Origin: Octopus sinensis
Taxonomy: Eukaryota
Assembly (NCBI RefSeq): GCF_006345805.1
Contig: NC_043013.1
Span: forward strand, 38,130,001 to 38,194,000
Length of the DNA: 64,000 bases
Direction of reading: 5' to 3'
A program made the translations under genes and the position numbers. Below, piece after piece: positions 1-13,160 of the stretch. Positions within the stretch are counted from its first letter, which is position 1; each line of letters begins with the position of its first letter. The notes beneath the pieces are model-generated. The model ran no database searches and was not told where the DNA came from. It saw nothing but the letters and a program-made list of their open reading frames with translations.

Positions 1-10
1 TATGAACAAT

Positions 11-11
11 G

Positions 12-66
<55 letters not shown>

Positions 67-93
67 GGAGAGAGAGAGAGAGAGAGAGATAGG

Positions 94-190
<97 letters not shown>
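11..190. repeat. Compound microsatellite (TA)n-(GA)n-(GATA)n
   Basis: Direct reading. Confidence 0.98.
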
Positions 191-191
<1 letters not shown>

Positions 192-330
192 CATGGAAAA
201 AAAGTCAAGATAGAAAATGCTAAAATAATTTTATTAGAAACATTTCAATACCGGTTTCAGTCATTGAGACTTTTTCAACTGTAAGTATGGAAGACAATTA
301 AATTTAGAAATATTAAGAAAAATTAAAAGA
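191..330 (-). mobile_element. Penelope-like terminal repeat with degenerate hammerhead-like motif
   Basis: Minus strand CAG-TTGAAAA-AGTC(tcaat)GACT-GAAACCGGTA-TTG at 246-291; abuts the (GATA)n array. Confidence 0.5.
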
Positions 331-504
331 AAAGTTTATATATATTCTAACCCACGCTAACCTTGGTCATTTTACATTGTTCAACATCGTTAGTTGAAGA
401 ATGAGGTTAGTGACCAATGGCAACAATTTATGCGAAATTCGTCAGATGTTTCTAACTTTCAATTATTGAATTTTCTGTTGTTTTATTTTCGGTTTACAGT
501 GGCT

Positions 505-918
505 TTCAGATTTTGGCAAATGCCGGCAGTCTCGGTGAAGGTGGTAAATCAATTACATGAACCCCAGTAACTTATTTTATCGATCTCGAAAAGATGAAAG
601 GCTAAGCTGACCTCGGCAGAAATTGAACTCTGAATGTATAAACGGACGAAACGCTACCAAGCATTTTTCCCGGCGGCTAATGATTCTGCCAGTTCACCGC
701 CCTACATAGTGGCAATAAATAATGGCTCAAGGCCAGCTATTTCCGAGGGAGGGATAAGTCAACTCCAGTGCCCAGCTGGAGCTTATTTTATCGTCCCCGA
801 AAGGAGGAAAAGCAAAGTGGACCTCGGTGGAATTTGAACGCAGAGAGTAATGATGGGCGAAATGCTACCACTCATTTTTCCCCGGCCGTTAACGCTTCTC
901 TCAGTGCGCGTGCCGCTT
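505..918 (-). mobile_element. Two degenerate SINE-B copies (about 505-704 and 735-918)
   Basis: A-box/B-box-like head plus degenerate versions of the GCCTTTCATCCTTTCGGGGTCGATAA central domain. Confidence 0.8.
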
Positions 919-939
919 TACATAGTGGCAATGAATATT

Positions 940-1497
940 CTTTTCTACACTAGGCAGAAGACCCGAAATCTTGTGGGCCAGTCGATTAGATCGACCCAGT
1001 ATGTAACTGGTACTTAATTTATCAACTCCGAAAGGATGAAAGGCAAAGTCGACCTCAGCGGGATTGGAACTCAGAACATAAAGACAGACGAAATACCTAT
1101 TTCTTTACTACCCACAAGCGGCTAAACACAGAGAGGACAAACAAAGACAGAAAGACGGATTAAGTCGATTATATCGACCCCAGTGAGTAACTGGTACTTA
1201 TTTAATCGACCCCGAAAGGATGAAAGGCAAAGTCGACCTCAGCCGAATTTGAACTCAGAACGTAGCGGGAGACGAAATACCTATTTCTTTATTACCCACA
1301 AGGGGCTAAACACAGAGAGGACAAACAAGGACAGACAAAGGGATTAAGTCGATTACATCGACCCCAGTGCGTAACTGGTACCTATTTAATCGACCCCGAA
1401 AGGATGAAAGGCAAAGTCGACCTCGGTGGAATTTGAACTCAGAACGTAGCGGCAGACGAAATACCGCTAAGCGTTTCGCCCAGCGTACTAACGTTTC
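940..1497 (-). mobile_element. Head-to-tail SINE-B array (B1-B1-B2, unit about 184 bp)
   Basis: Repeated units; sense-strand junction AAAGAAATA|GGTATTTCGTC at 1097/1098 and 1281/1282. Confidence 0.92.
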
Positions 1498-2354
1498 ATA
1501 TTTCTTTACTATAGGAGAGAAACGTCCCATCAGTAGATGCTGCGATCGAGAATGTAATCAGCAACTTCCGATCCAAGAGCTGAAAGACAGAATGAAGCAA
1601 TAAATACTCAGAAGCTCATACGTAGTTCTGAGGTAGGAGTTTCTTGAGCAATAGTAGAGCAAATACTTTGATGAAATCAAAAGCACATCATTGCTTTCGC
1701 CTGAATTCTCACAGTAAAAATGTCATAAATATGTGGCGCTGGAAAGTAAAAAAATAGTAAATTTGGCTCTACAGGAATACGATCTATGATTACCAAGAAA
1801 AGAAAATGACCCCAAGCATATCAGTTTATGGCTGGCAGGGAGGGTAATCGAAATTACTCTTTTAAAATATTGAACAGGCTGAGTTTTCATTTGTTGGTCC
1901 TTCTTTAATTTTCTTTTTTATTTTTTTTTCAGGGAGCATGGACAGAATAATGATGTATTAATCTATTTAAACGTAAAGTATAGAAGCCATCTTATCGTGG
2001 CTAACCACATTGGGGAGGGGGTGTTACTGTAGCTTTATAGCCCCAAGAGATCTTCGTCTCAAGCTGGCTTTAGACACAATATCTGTGTCCTTTTATTCAG
2101 AGTGGTCACTCTTGCTTTTGTTAGGTTGATTTAAGTTTTGTTCAACAATGCTTTCAACTCCACAAATATTTAGTCACGCTTAAAGATATCGTATATCGCA
2201 CTCTCCAAAGTGTTTCTTAGTGATTATCCCACTGTTTACGATTGGCTGAGGTCTAAATGTTTTTGACTTAAAACAACGCAACACTAGGTCGATAACTGGA
2301 TTTAAATCGCACACACTAAGCGGCCTTATGATGTTAAGTATCGTTCGTGTATGA

Positions 2355-2757
2355 CAGGAGTGGCTGTGTGGTAAGTAGCTTACTAACCAACCACATGGTT
2401 CCGGGTTCAGTCCCACTGCGTGGCATCTTGGGCATGTGTCTTCTGCTATAGCCTCGGGCCGACCAATGCCTTCTGAGTGAATTTGGTAGACGGAAACTGA
2501 AAGAAGCCTGTCGTATATATGTATATATGTATATGTGTGTGTGTGTGTACGTGTTTGTCCCCCTAGTATTGCTTGACAACCGATGCTGGTGTGTTTACGT
2601 CCCCGTCACTTAGCGGTTCGGCAAAAGAGACCGATAGAATAAGTACTGGGCTTACAAAGAATAAGTCCCGGGGGGTCGATTTGCTCGACTAAAGGCGGTG
2701 CTCCAGCATGGCCGCAGTCAAATGACTGAAACAAGTAAAAGAGAAAAAGAGTAAGAG
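2355..2757 (+). mobile_element. SINE-A, full length
   Basis: GGAGTGGCTGTGTGGTAAG (A-box-like), GGTTCAGTCCC (B-box-like), CTTGGGCA core motif, internal TA/TG tract, tail GGTGCTCCAGCATGGCCGCAGTCAAATGACTGAAACAAGTAAAAGAG. Confidence 0.95.
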
Positions 2758-3023
2758 TATTCAGTATCATTGTAAAAATATATCCAATCGCAAACCCTTT
2801 AAAAACAGAATGGAAAATCAGGATTTTGATACTGAATGAAAAAGTGCATAAATAGCTAAAGAAATGTTTCTTCATCATTGCAGTGTGGTTGCTTAGCATT
2901 ATCTACAGTTCCTGCTGGACTAGAAATGGTCCTCAGTTAGGAAAACAGACGTTCAAAAAAGGATTAAATTCTGCTTGTAGATTCAATTTGATTTTGAAAA
3001 CGAAATGTATTTTAATAAATACC

Positions 3024-3433
3024 AGGCGCAGGAGTGGCTGTGTGGTAAGTAGATTGCTTACCAACCACATGGTTCCGGGTTCAGTCCCACTGCGTGGCAC
3101 CTTGGGCAAGTGTCTTCTACTGTAGCCTCGGGCCGACCAATGCCTTGTGAGTGGATTTGGTAGACGGAAACTGAAAAGAAGCCCGTCGTATATATGTATA
3201 TATATATGCGTGTGTGTGTGTGTTTGTGTGTCTGTGTTTGTCCCCCTAGCATTGCTTGACAACCGATGCTGGTGTGTTTATGTCCCCGTTACTTAGCAGT
3301 TCGGCAAAAGAGACCGATAGAATAAGTACTGGGCTTATAAAAGAATAAGTCCCGGGGTCGAGTTGATCGATTAAAGGCGGTGCTCCAGCATGGCCGCAGT
3401 CAAATGACTGAAACAAGTAAAAGAGTAAAAGAG
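3024..3433 (+). mobile_element. SINE-A, full length
   Basis: Near-identical to the copies at 2355 and 12582. Confidence 0.95.
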
Positions 3434-3933
3434 AATATGTATGTATGTATATATATATATATCAATTGGCGGGGTGGGGCACCCAGTATATGCGTGAATA
3501 TATGTATGGCCGTATGGATACATGCATAAGTATGTATATCTTGCGTATGTATACTTGTATAGAATAGCTATTTACGTCCAGGCATGAATGAGTGCTGTAA
3601 AACACCTACGCATACATAACTGAATACAAGGTGGCTTTCTTCAGGTATTATGCATGAATTATAATTTGCTTTTGCTTGATTGCATCGGACAGTAACTCCT
3701 TTATTAATGTGTTGTTTTCGAAATGCTCTCACAACAACAATAACAACAACAATAACAACGACAATAACAAGTAAATTCCACAATGGGAATGATGATAGTA
3801 ATAATGATTTTTATCTATTATTCACAAAAAATCCCATAAAGACGTTACAAAACGTGTCACAGAAAGAAGGTTGAAAAAAAAAACAACGTATTTGTATTCT
3901 TCTATTTTTTTTTTAGTTTTTTGCTTATTTCGA

Positions 3934-4421
3934 TCACTGACTGCGACCATGCTGGAGTACTACATTAGAGGGTGTTAGCCGAAAACGTCGACACGAGGAC
4001 TTATTCATTGTAAGCCTAGTACTTACTCTATCGGTCTTTTGTCGAACCGCTATGTTACGGGAACATAAACACACCAGTACTGATTGCCAAGCGATGGCGG
4101 CGGGGACAAACACAAACAGACTCACATGCATACATACATACATACATACATACATACATACACACATACATACATACATACATACATATATATGTGTGTG
4201 TGTGTATATATATCTTTTACTCTCTTACTTGTTTCAGTCGTTTTACTGCGGCCATGCTGGGGCACTGCCTTTAGTCGAAGTAATCGACCCCAGGACTTAC
4301 TCTTTGTAAGCCTAGTACTTATTCTATCGGTCTCTTTTGCCGAATCGCTAGGTTACGGGTACGTAAACACACCAGAATCGGTTGTCAAGCGATGGTGGGG
4401 GACAAACACAGACACACAAAC
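3934..4421 (-). mobile_element. Two SINE-A 3' halves (3934-4121 and 4213-4421) separated by (ATAC)n
   Basis: Reverse complement of the SINE-A tail; both break at the internal microsatellite. Confidence 0.88.
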
Positions 4422-4489
4422 ATATTATATATATATATACATATTATACACACAAACTTATATATATATATATATATTATACACACACA

Positions 4490-4531
<42 letters not shown>

Positions 4532-4931
4532 TATACATATATATATATATGAAGAAGACTAACTTATATATTAGACAGTGGACGTGTGTGAATCTGCATA
4601 TTATACAACCAAGAGGTTTGAACCAATTGTCAAATATGATGTAGCAAATCTAGGGTTTGGAAAATTGATTGGCAGAGTAAGAGGGGTGATTTTGTTGAAT
4701 CTATCTGTATTAGTCCATAAAAGTATATTTCTATCCTTAAAGAGAAAAGTTGCCAAATTCTTAAATGGTAACACCGAAAATGAATATAAAACTCTCATTA
4801 CTGAAAATGGGCACCGTTCTCAGACTGCACGAACAAAAGAAATAGAAGAGCAAAATGGTATAAAACGATTGTTTGGATAAGTCAGCCTGCCATAGAAAAA
4901 ACATGACAAGGCTTTACATAAAATGTCCCCA

Positions 4932-5300
4932 ACCAACCACATGGTTTCGGGTTCAGTCCTACTGCGTGGCATCTTGGGCAAGTGTCTTCTACTATAGCCT
5001 CGGGCCGACCAATGCCTTGTGAGTGGATTTGGTATACGGAAACTGAAAGAAGCATGTCGTATATATGTATATATATATATATGCGTGTGTTTGTGTGTCT
5101 GTGTTTGTCCCCCATAGCATTGCTTGACAACCGATGCTGGTGTGTTTACGTCCCCGTCACTTAGCGGTTCGGCAAAAGAAACCGATAGAATAGGTACTGG
5201 GCTTACAAAGAATAAGTCCTGGGGTCGATTTGCTCGACTAAAGGCGGTGCTCCAGCATGGCCGCAGTCAAATGACTGAAACAAGTAAAAGAGAAAAGAGA
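4932..5300 (+). mobile_element. SINE-A lacking its first ~35 nt
   Basis: Starts at ACCAACCACATGG; the rest matches family A. Confidence 0.93.
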
Positions 5301-5356
5301 AAAGGAGAAATCAAGCAACATGATCGCGGTAGGTGAATAATTTACGCTATATATAT

Positions 5357-5569
5357 AACCCTATCACAGTGTTTCCCGCTGAAGCGGGAATAGGTTAAAC
5401 GTCATCACTGCCGGATTTTCGGCAAAGCAGTAATGAGCAATACACGCAGAAAAAGATGCAGCCAGAGCTGTCCTCTAGTTTGCCTGCAACCAATATTCTT
5501 GAGCTGAATATACAACTATTTATTTTTTTTTCTTTTGCCCAGGAGCCCAAGCGCAGGGTAAAGGGTTAA
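5357..5569. mobile_element. Possible piggyBac-like MITE
   Basis: Ends TAACCCTATCAC ... GTAAAGGGTTAA are imperfect inverted termini with TTAA at the right end. Confidence 0.35.
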
Positions 5570-6421
5570 GCAGAAATCATTGAAACTAGAATAATTTTAG
5601 AATTCATTAATTCTTTCAATTGAGAAGATGATGATCCCGAGTCAACAAAAGATTGTCAATGAGATATTAATGATTAAACCGTGTATGTACAAAGTGTATT
5701 AATTTTTTTCATTGCCTTAAATCTCCGAATAGAGCTATACAGGAAGAGCAATGGAGTCTATTTGTCTCATAAGCCTCCTTATGGGAGTGTGAACGCATGT
5801 GAGCGCGTGTGTGTGAGTGTGTGTAGGTGATTATGTGTATGTTTATACCTGTACATATGTTCATTAATATGTGAACATGTACATACACATATATATATGT
5901 GCATGTATGGATGTATATATATATAATATGCGTGTGTATATATCTCTCTATTTATATATATATGTGTATATATCTCTTTATTTATATATATATGTATGTG
6001 TATGTATGTATGCATATATATATGTGTGCGTATGTATGTATGTACATACGAAACATACACACTGAAATATGAAATACATGTGCACATATACATATGCACA
6101 TAAATATAAATGCAGTCATGACATATACACTCAAACAATCTTACACTTTATTATGAGAACAAAGACGACCAGAGAAAATAGTCAACATGTGTCGCTCATA
6201 TTTATTTATTTGATAATTCTTATCCATATTTCTTTCTTAGATGACCTAGAAAACTAGACAAAAATTTAACTATAAATTTTAAGACAACGAACAAAAGAAA
6301 GTCCACCAAATAATCAATTAAAAGCGAAAATAAGTTTTATGTATGTGTGTGTGTGTATATATATATATGTATGTATAAATATATGTATACCTATATTTAT
6401 ATATATATGTACATATATGTG

Positions 6422-6484
<63 letters not shown>

Positions 6485-6789
6485 ACGGATACATACACTT
6501 ATATGTGCGTATGTGTGTGTTTGTGTGTGTGTAAAAATAATAGGTAAGAAGGTGTCAAAGGACAGAGATGCGAGGTAGTAGGTACAGATACAATGAATGC
6601 TAAGGCCGAGCCAAGCGCCTAGACTCTGAGATGATTGGTAGTGTAGCATGATTTGCATAAATAATAGTTGGTTCTTGGCAGTGTAGCGGTTGGGATGATG
6701 TACATGTAATAGAACAAACTATAAACAGGTAATCTCAAGGTATGAAATCAACTTATAACCTATTTAAGAGTGAGATATATAGATATTAA

Positions 6790-7260
6790 TAAACTATTGC
6801 AGGAAAACCAGGGATGATCCGGAAGGTATAATCTCACAATGATTCAGTGTAGAAGGTACACCACAGAATGACATAGAAAAGACCATAATATCACTAGTGA
6901 TAAACTCGGTGATGATGGAAGGGAAAAAGGGAGGTAGTACTTTACAGCTGTTTCTAAACCAGTTGTATATTGGCTGCAAATGAAAGCATTTTGTCTACAG
7001 CACAACATGTGGTACGCAACGCATCCCATCGTTGGAGGCAAGAATGCATGGATGACTAAGAATACTTTCGAAGAGCACTTAAAAAACATTTTTGTGTCCT
7101 ACTGTAGAAAGGTACAATGCCAGAAATAATACTTCCAAGGAATCATAGTTACTTTTAGGGAATCCATCAAGAATTCTAACAAAAATAAATGAGCTTTCTG
7201 GTAAGGTGAGAGTAACATACAACTTCTTTGCTTCAGCTAAAGAGATATAAAAAGAAAAAC
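6790..7260 (+). pseudogene. Decayed pogo/Tigger-type DDE transposase fragment
   Basis: Translated pieces KPVVYW, GKNAWMTKNTFEEHLKNIFVSYC and TSLLQ resemble pogo DDE_1 motifs (KAWMT..F..W, NTTSLLQP); many stops and frameshifts. Confidence 0.6.
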
Positions 7261-7849
7261 CTGATGAGCCATAAACACCAAACATTTTGTATAAATCCTT
7301 CGCTCCTCTGATAAATGTTGATGATGATGAACTATAAAATATGTGATACGGTCCCTCATCTTCCCACTAACTCTCAGTAGCAGACATCAAAGAAGGGCAA
7401 AATGTAACGTGAACACTTTAAGCTGCTAATGGTATCTTTAAGCTGCTAATGGTATCTTTAAAATGTTTACCATAAGCAAGGTTTTTTTCTTCTCCACAGT
7501 AAACTGCAGTGAACATGCCTTTAGGGTTGTAATATATCTCAAACATATTCGAAATAAGTTTGTTTATTTTCTATTACTACTTCGTTCTACTAACTTACAA
7601 GCATGCATTTGTGTGTGTGTGTGTGTGTGTGTATGTGTGCGCGTGTATATGTGTGTGTATGTGTGCGTGCACGAACCTTGATGTGTTATATATTATATTA
7701 TATATAATATATATAATATACATAAATTGATCAAAATAAAATAAAAACATGATGCGAAGGATTCAGCGGTACATATGTTTCGGGCCTTTATTAGACAGAT
7801 TTATAACATGCATAATGTATGTCTGTGGCCTACATATATACATATATAC

Positions 7850-7941
<92 letters not shown>

Positions 7942-7967
7942 TTTATAATATATTATATATATATAAT

Positions 7968-8021
<54 letters not shown>

Positions 8022-8027
<6 letters not shown>

Positions 8028-8130
8028 CTGCTCGCTTAGCCAGCGGGGTGGCGTCATTTGAAGGCTAAAACAATGCGAACGCATTGTGACCAGCGATGTG
8101 TAGCAACATCTGATAGCCTGGTCGGTCACG

Positions 8131-8135
<5 letters not shown>
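8022..8135 (+). mobile_element. Short dispersed repeat (probable LINE 3' terminus) inside a (TA)n array
   Basis: Matches the reverse complement of 51722-51830; both copies end at GTGAT followed by TA repeats. Confidence 0.6.
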
Positions 8136-8191
<56 letters not shown>

Positions 8192-8275
8192 ATATATATA
8201 TATATACTAGATATATATATATGCGTATATGTATATACATTATATACTACATACATACACATCTACATACATACT

Positions 8276-8321
<46 letters not shown>

Positions 8322-8331
8322 CTATATATAG

Positions 8332-9605
8332 TCAGGTCATCCCATTAGTTCTGTCCCAATTTTGAATAAAGAAAACAAGTGATCAAATGTTATATTTAAT
8401 TGAAATCTAATCATCAGTGTACTTTCCTTGATTATATATGACTTCTTTCCATCTATTCTCAAGCTTTTTAATCCCGTCAATGTGAAACTATTTTGGTTTC
8501 GAAGCAAAGAACTCTGAAATGTCAGTTTCGACCTCCTCCTGGCTTGCGTAATTTATGGCTCCCAAATGATTCTGTAAGCTATGAAACAAATGGTAGTCTG
8601 AAGGAGCAGTGTCGGGAGAATAAGGTGGATGACGAATTTTTTCCCAACCAAGCTCTTCAATCTTCTGCGATGTGATCTTTGTAGTGTCGGTTCACGCATT
8701 GTCCTGATAAAACATCACTCCTTTTTCGATTCACAAAAGCGGGTCTTTTTTTCCTCAAAGCTTGGTTCAAACGCTCTAATTGCTGACAGTAGATGTGATC
8801 ATTGATTGTTGCATTAGATGGTAACAATTCTAAGTCAATTACTCGTTTGAAATCCCACCAGATAGAGAGAAGAACCTTTTTTCCATGAAGTTCCCTTCTT
8901 AATTGTGGTTGAGCTTTTCTCCTTTTACCAAACCACTGTTTACGACATTTAACATTTCGATAGAAGATCCATTTTTTGTCACCAGTCACAAGTCTATCCA
9001 AAAAGGGTGAAATGAGTTCGCGTGAATGGAGGGAAAAGCAAATGTCAACTCGGGATTTGCGGTTGCATTCGGACAGTTCATGAGGCACCCATTTTCCAAG
9101 TTTAGGAATCTTTCCCAGTTGTTATAGATGACGATGAACTAAGCTTTATTGCCAATTCTTCAACTGATTCAACCGATAATGCAGGATTTTCTTCAAGTAA
9201 TGCCTCAAGGAGCTTATCCTCAAACTCAACTGGACGTCCTGTTCGATGTTCATCTTCATGGCTGTAATCATCACTTCTGAATTTTGCAAATCATCTTCTG
9301 CAAGTTCTTTCATTCAAGCATTCTTTCCCATAAACTGAGTGTATGTTTCGAGTCGCTTCGGCTACAGAGTTTCCTTTTTTGTAGTCATAAAGTATTATGT
9401 ACTTTAAATGCTCTTTGGATACTTTCATGTTTGATAGGGTTTTAATAAAAGAAATTTTAATGTTATTATTCTGCAAAATAATGTTTAATTAGTTTAAATG
9501 TACACAAATGCATAAAAATAATTTTTAATTCCATTAGACATTCTAAAATCCAACTTCATCATTTTTAAAAATGGTAAAATCGGACAGACTTCTGGGATGA
9601 CCTGA
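8332..9605 (-). mobile_element. Near full-length mariner element, inactive
   Basis: Terminal inverted repeats TCAGGTCATCCCA..AG.TCTGTCC; TA-repeat flanks; about 1.27 kb. Confidence 0.95.
8407..9428 (-). pseudogene. Mariner transposase pseudogene
   Basis: MKVSKEHLKYIILYDYKKG HTH start, (V/M)PHEL, LVTGDKKW, HPPYSPDTAPSDYHLF; internal stops and frameshifts. Confidence 0.93.
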
Positions 9606-9616
9606 TATATTAATAT

Positions 9617-9689
<73 letters not shown>

Positions 9690-9700
<11 letters not shown>

Positions 9701-9830
9701 CGTGTTCTGTCTCTTTTTGTGGCGTTTATAACTCGAGTATTGTTCATCCGATCGCGCTGAAATTTTAAACATGTATACATGAGTGTGAGAGAGCGGGGCG
9801 TTCCGAAATCTAAAAGGATTTTCAGAATTG
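9690..9830 (+). mobile_element. Possible Helitron-type 5' terminus
   Basis: TATAAAA..CTGT..TTATAACTCGAG..CCGAT..GAAAT pattern shared with 13063-13160; Helitron assignment is recall only. Confidence 0.4.
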
Positions 9831-11250
9831 TCAGTTTCCAAGTGAGAATCGCTACTTTTGTAATCTTTTTGTCCTATTTCTTCCGCCATCCTGTTCATTA
9901 ACCGTTGTCCTAAACAATTTATTTCTACTTTTTCACATTTAAATGACAAAGATATGTAAATAAAGCTTGCTATTTGTAAATACAGTCTCATTTTGATTTA
10001 AATATTAGACCACGGACAACTGTATGCATTTCTGCGTTTTCACACGTTTGTAAACCGCTAAAAAAATTGATATCTCACCAACTTTAATTAACTATAATCA
10101 ACCACGAGCATTTGTGGTCATATGTGTTCTTACGGTTATTTTTCGTGCAATAAACCAACTAACAGGAAAAACTACTAGGAAAAGCAATTACTTTACATGA
10201 GCAAAAAAGTGAAAATAAAGGAAATAAAACACTCAATTTTCTGAAGATATTCTCAACAAAATTCTATTGAAAGTAGAAAAGACTGCTTATGAAACGTGAA
10301 AAGTTTGTGGGGTTAAATCTAAAACCTTTGCCTAACGTGTCTCATCCAACTTAAAAAAATAAGCAGTATTGTTAAATTTCTGAGATAAAATTAATTTGCA
10401 AAGAAAATGCCTTATGCTATTTCATTGCACATTGTGTTATTTCACCTCCGAGTTTTAATTGTTTTTGTGTCAGTTTTTGAGAGAACAGAACTCCCTAAGC
10501 ACTTTTGCGCCTTTATAGAGTCGTAGCTTCTGTTTACATGTCCTTCGGGTGACTAAAACTTCCATTTATGTTTTTATTCGAAACTAATGTTACTTATCCC
10601 GTAGCTATTATCATTAAGCCAGTGAAAATCGAAATAAAATACGTAAAGCAATTGTCGTCAAATGCAAAAGCCAAAGAACTGTTTATTGCTTAAATATCAC
10701 TTGTAATATTCACTTCATTTTGACGTATAGGTGCCAACATGAGGTATGGAAGAATATATTGTGCTTATCCTAATCTGTAAATGTTTGAGTGCAAAAAGTT
10801 TAAGGTTGATTATGATGTCCGATTCCACTGGAAGTTGTATATATTGTGGGCTGAACAGCTTTCCTTCATTTTATTGGCTTCATGACAATATTGAAAATGT
10901 TCACTGTGTTAAGATTCACTATCAATCAATTTTTCCTTATTTAGAAGAAATAGTCAACAGTTTTAATGTCTCAGGAATCTTTAATGACCTAACCAAAAGT
11001 AACAGCCCCATACAATCACCAACATCTCCACAACTTAACACCATCCAGTTAACCCTCTTCCCCTATACAAGCCGTCCAATGGACGGTGAGCACTCATATA
11101 TAATATATGATATATATATATATATTTATACAACACACACATACATATTATAGTATAGATATTTATATCATACACACACACACAACTACACACCACATAC
11201 ACACACCCACACAACCACACCACAAACACACTCACACCCACACACACACC

Positions 11251-11313
<63 letters not shown>

Positions 11314-11439
11314 GTTAGCTTGGATGCTTAATTAGCAGTATATTACTATCTTCAAATATTATATGTTTTTATTTCTTTTAGATTGATTGAATAGTTTTGA
11401 TTTATAGTTATATTGATAATGTGGTAAATCTTAGATAAT

Positions 11440-12145
11440 TCCATGGCAGACAGAATACTGACAGAAGAAATGTGGTTACGGTTGCCATGCGTGCGGAACA
11501 TAGTGATTTTGAAATTGCCAACTTTCTAAGTATTGCAGAACAGTTTTGTACATAAAATTTCAGGTAGAACTCGAAGCTTCTTGCAAACGGGTTTTGGACT
11601 GTTTCATGGCGAAAAATACTATAAATACGCCGCAATTGATTCAATGGATTCAAAATATTATCAATGGCGAAATCCCATAAAATCAGTGAGTGTCATCGCC
11701 AAAGAACTTCAGATATTGGATTTGACTGCCCGAGCTGTAATGAAAGAAGAGATTCGATACCAGTCATGTATTGAGAAGAATCCAGTGTATGTGTGCAAAC
11801 ACTGCGAAAAGTAGTTTGAGCCGTAACACGATGTTACTTAGCATTGTTGAAAGTAACTTACGAACATTGCAAAATGTTGTCTCTTCTCCGATGACAAAAC
11901 TGCAACTAAGACCAAATGTTCAAGAGCAGAAATAGCAGAGAGAGATGCCCATTAAGTTTCCAGCAATTGTGATGGTTTTAGGAGTGGTCAGTAACAAAGG
12001 TCATGCCATGCCACCTCATGTCTTTCCACAAAGGCCAAAGAAGTTATGCTGTTAGATACTTTGAGGTGCTAATGTCAGTTGTTAACCGCTAAGTGGATAA
12101 AGTACGCACTGGATTGCCATATGTATTTCAACAAGACTTAACAGC
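11440..12145 (+). pseudogene. Decayed Tc1/mariner-superfamily transposase fragment
   Basis: KFPAIVMVLGVVSNKGHAMPPHVFPQ and GLPYVFQQD motifs; heavily disrupted. Confidence 0.75.
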
Positions 12146-12581
12146 CAGCCAGCCAGCCTGATCGATACGTGCACACACGTACAAACATATATACACCTGT
12201 GTATGTGCGTATGTTTGTATATCCGTTGATGGATGTCTACTCGTACTCAAGTGAGACCTCTTCTTCGTTGAAAGTTATTCTTGATTAGGCTTCGAAAATG
12301 ACCGAGGTTCCTCCTCTTAAACATGCAGCAGTCGTTGATGCAGCTATACAGCTATCCCAAAATCGTGACTGTTCCCTCATAGACAACACTGTCCATACGA
12401 TGAAACAAAGAACATGCGCTATTTCATCGTCGCAGACATGTATGTTACAGTGACTCTTTTAGTGAAAGATCGACTATTTTTTTTTTCTAAATTAAATTAT
12501 CTAAATGAAACGGAATCATATTGGCTGCCGAGAGAGCCAAAAAAGAATTATATATGCAACTGAAATTATCAATAGTGAATA

Positions 12582-12989
12582 TAGGCGCAGGAGTGGCTGT
12601 GAGGTAAGTAGCTTGCCTACCAACCACATGGTTCCGGGTTCAGTCCCACTGCGTGGCACCTTGGGCAAGTGTCTCTACTATAGCCTCGGGCCGACCAAAG
12701 CCTTGTGAGTTGATTTGGTAGACGGAAACTGAAAGAAGCCCGTCGTATATATGTATATATATATATGTGTGTGTACGTTTGTGTGTCTGTGTTTGTCCCC
12801 TAGCACTGCTTGACAACCGATGCTGGTGTGTTTATGTCCCCGTTACTTAGCAGTTCGGCAAAAGAGACCGATACAATAAGTACTGGGCTTACAAAGAATA
12901 AGTCCCGGGGTCGAGTTGCTCGACTAAAGGCGGTGCTCCAGCATGGCCGCAGTCAACTGACTGAAACAAGTAAAAGAGTAAAAGAGAGT
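12582..12989 (+). mobile_element. SINE-A, full length
   Basis: Matches family A throughout. Confidence 0.95.
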
Positions 12990-13062
12990 ATAAAGTTCGC
13001 TGAACGAGAGCTACTTGTCAAGCGAACAGTGGGTACAAGAGACTCAACTAAGCAAGGCATCA

Positions 13063-13160
13063 ATCTATATCTATAAAACACAGGATGTGTGTCTGTGTGT
13101 TTGTGATGTTATAACTCGAGATCCAACGCAACCGATTTTAATGAAATATTACACATGCAT
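13063..13160 (+). mobile_element. Possible Helitron-type 5' terminus
   Basis: Starts TCTATATCTATAAAA; shares its motif pattern with 9690-9830. Confidence 0.4.

Noticed and set aside
500-541. Apparent exon TTACAG|...GAAG|GT
   Set aside because: Overlaps a degenerate SINE-B tail; weak donor.
940-1500. Tandem SINE-B units as a CRISPR array or hammerhead retrozyme
   Set aside because: No unique spacers and no cas genes; no CUGANGA/GAAA core on either strand; the units are tRNA-headed SINE parts.
7850-8022. Periodic phase shifts (TT/AA) within long (TA)n tracts
   Set aside because: Could be sequencing or consensus errors in AT dinucleotide runs; cannot be judged without reads.
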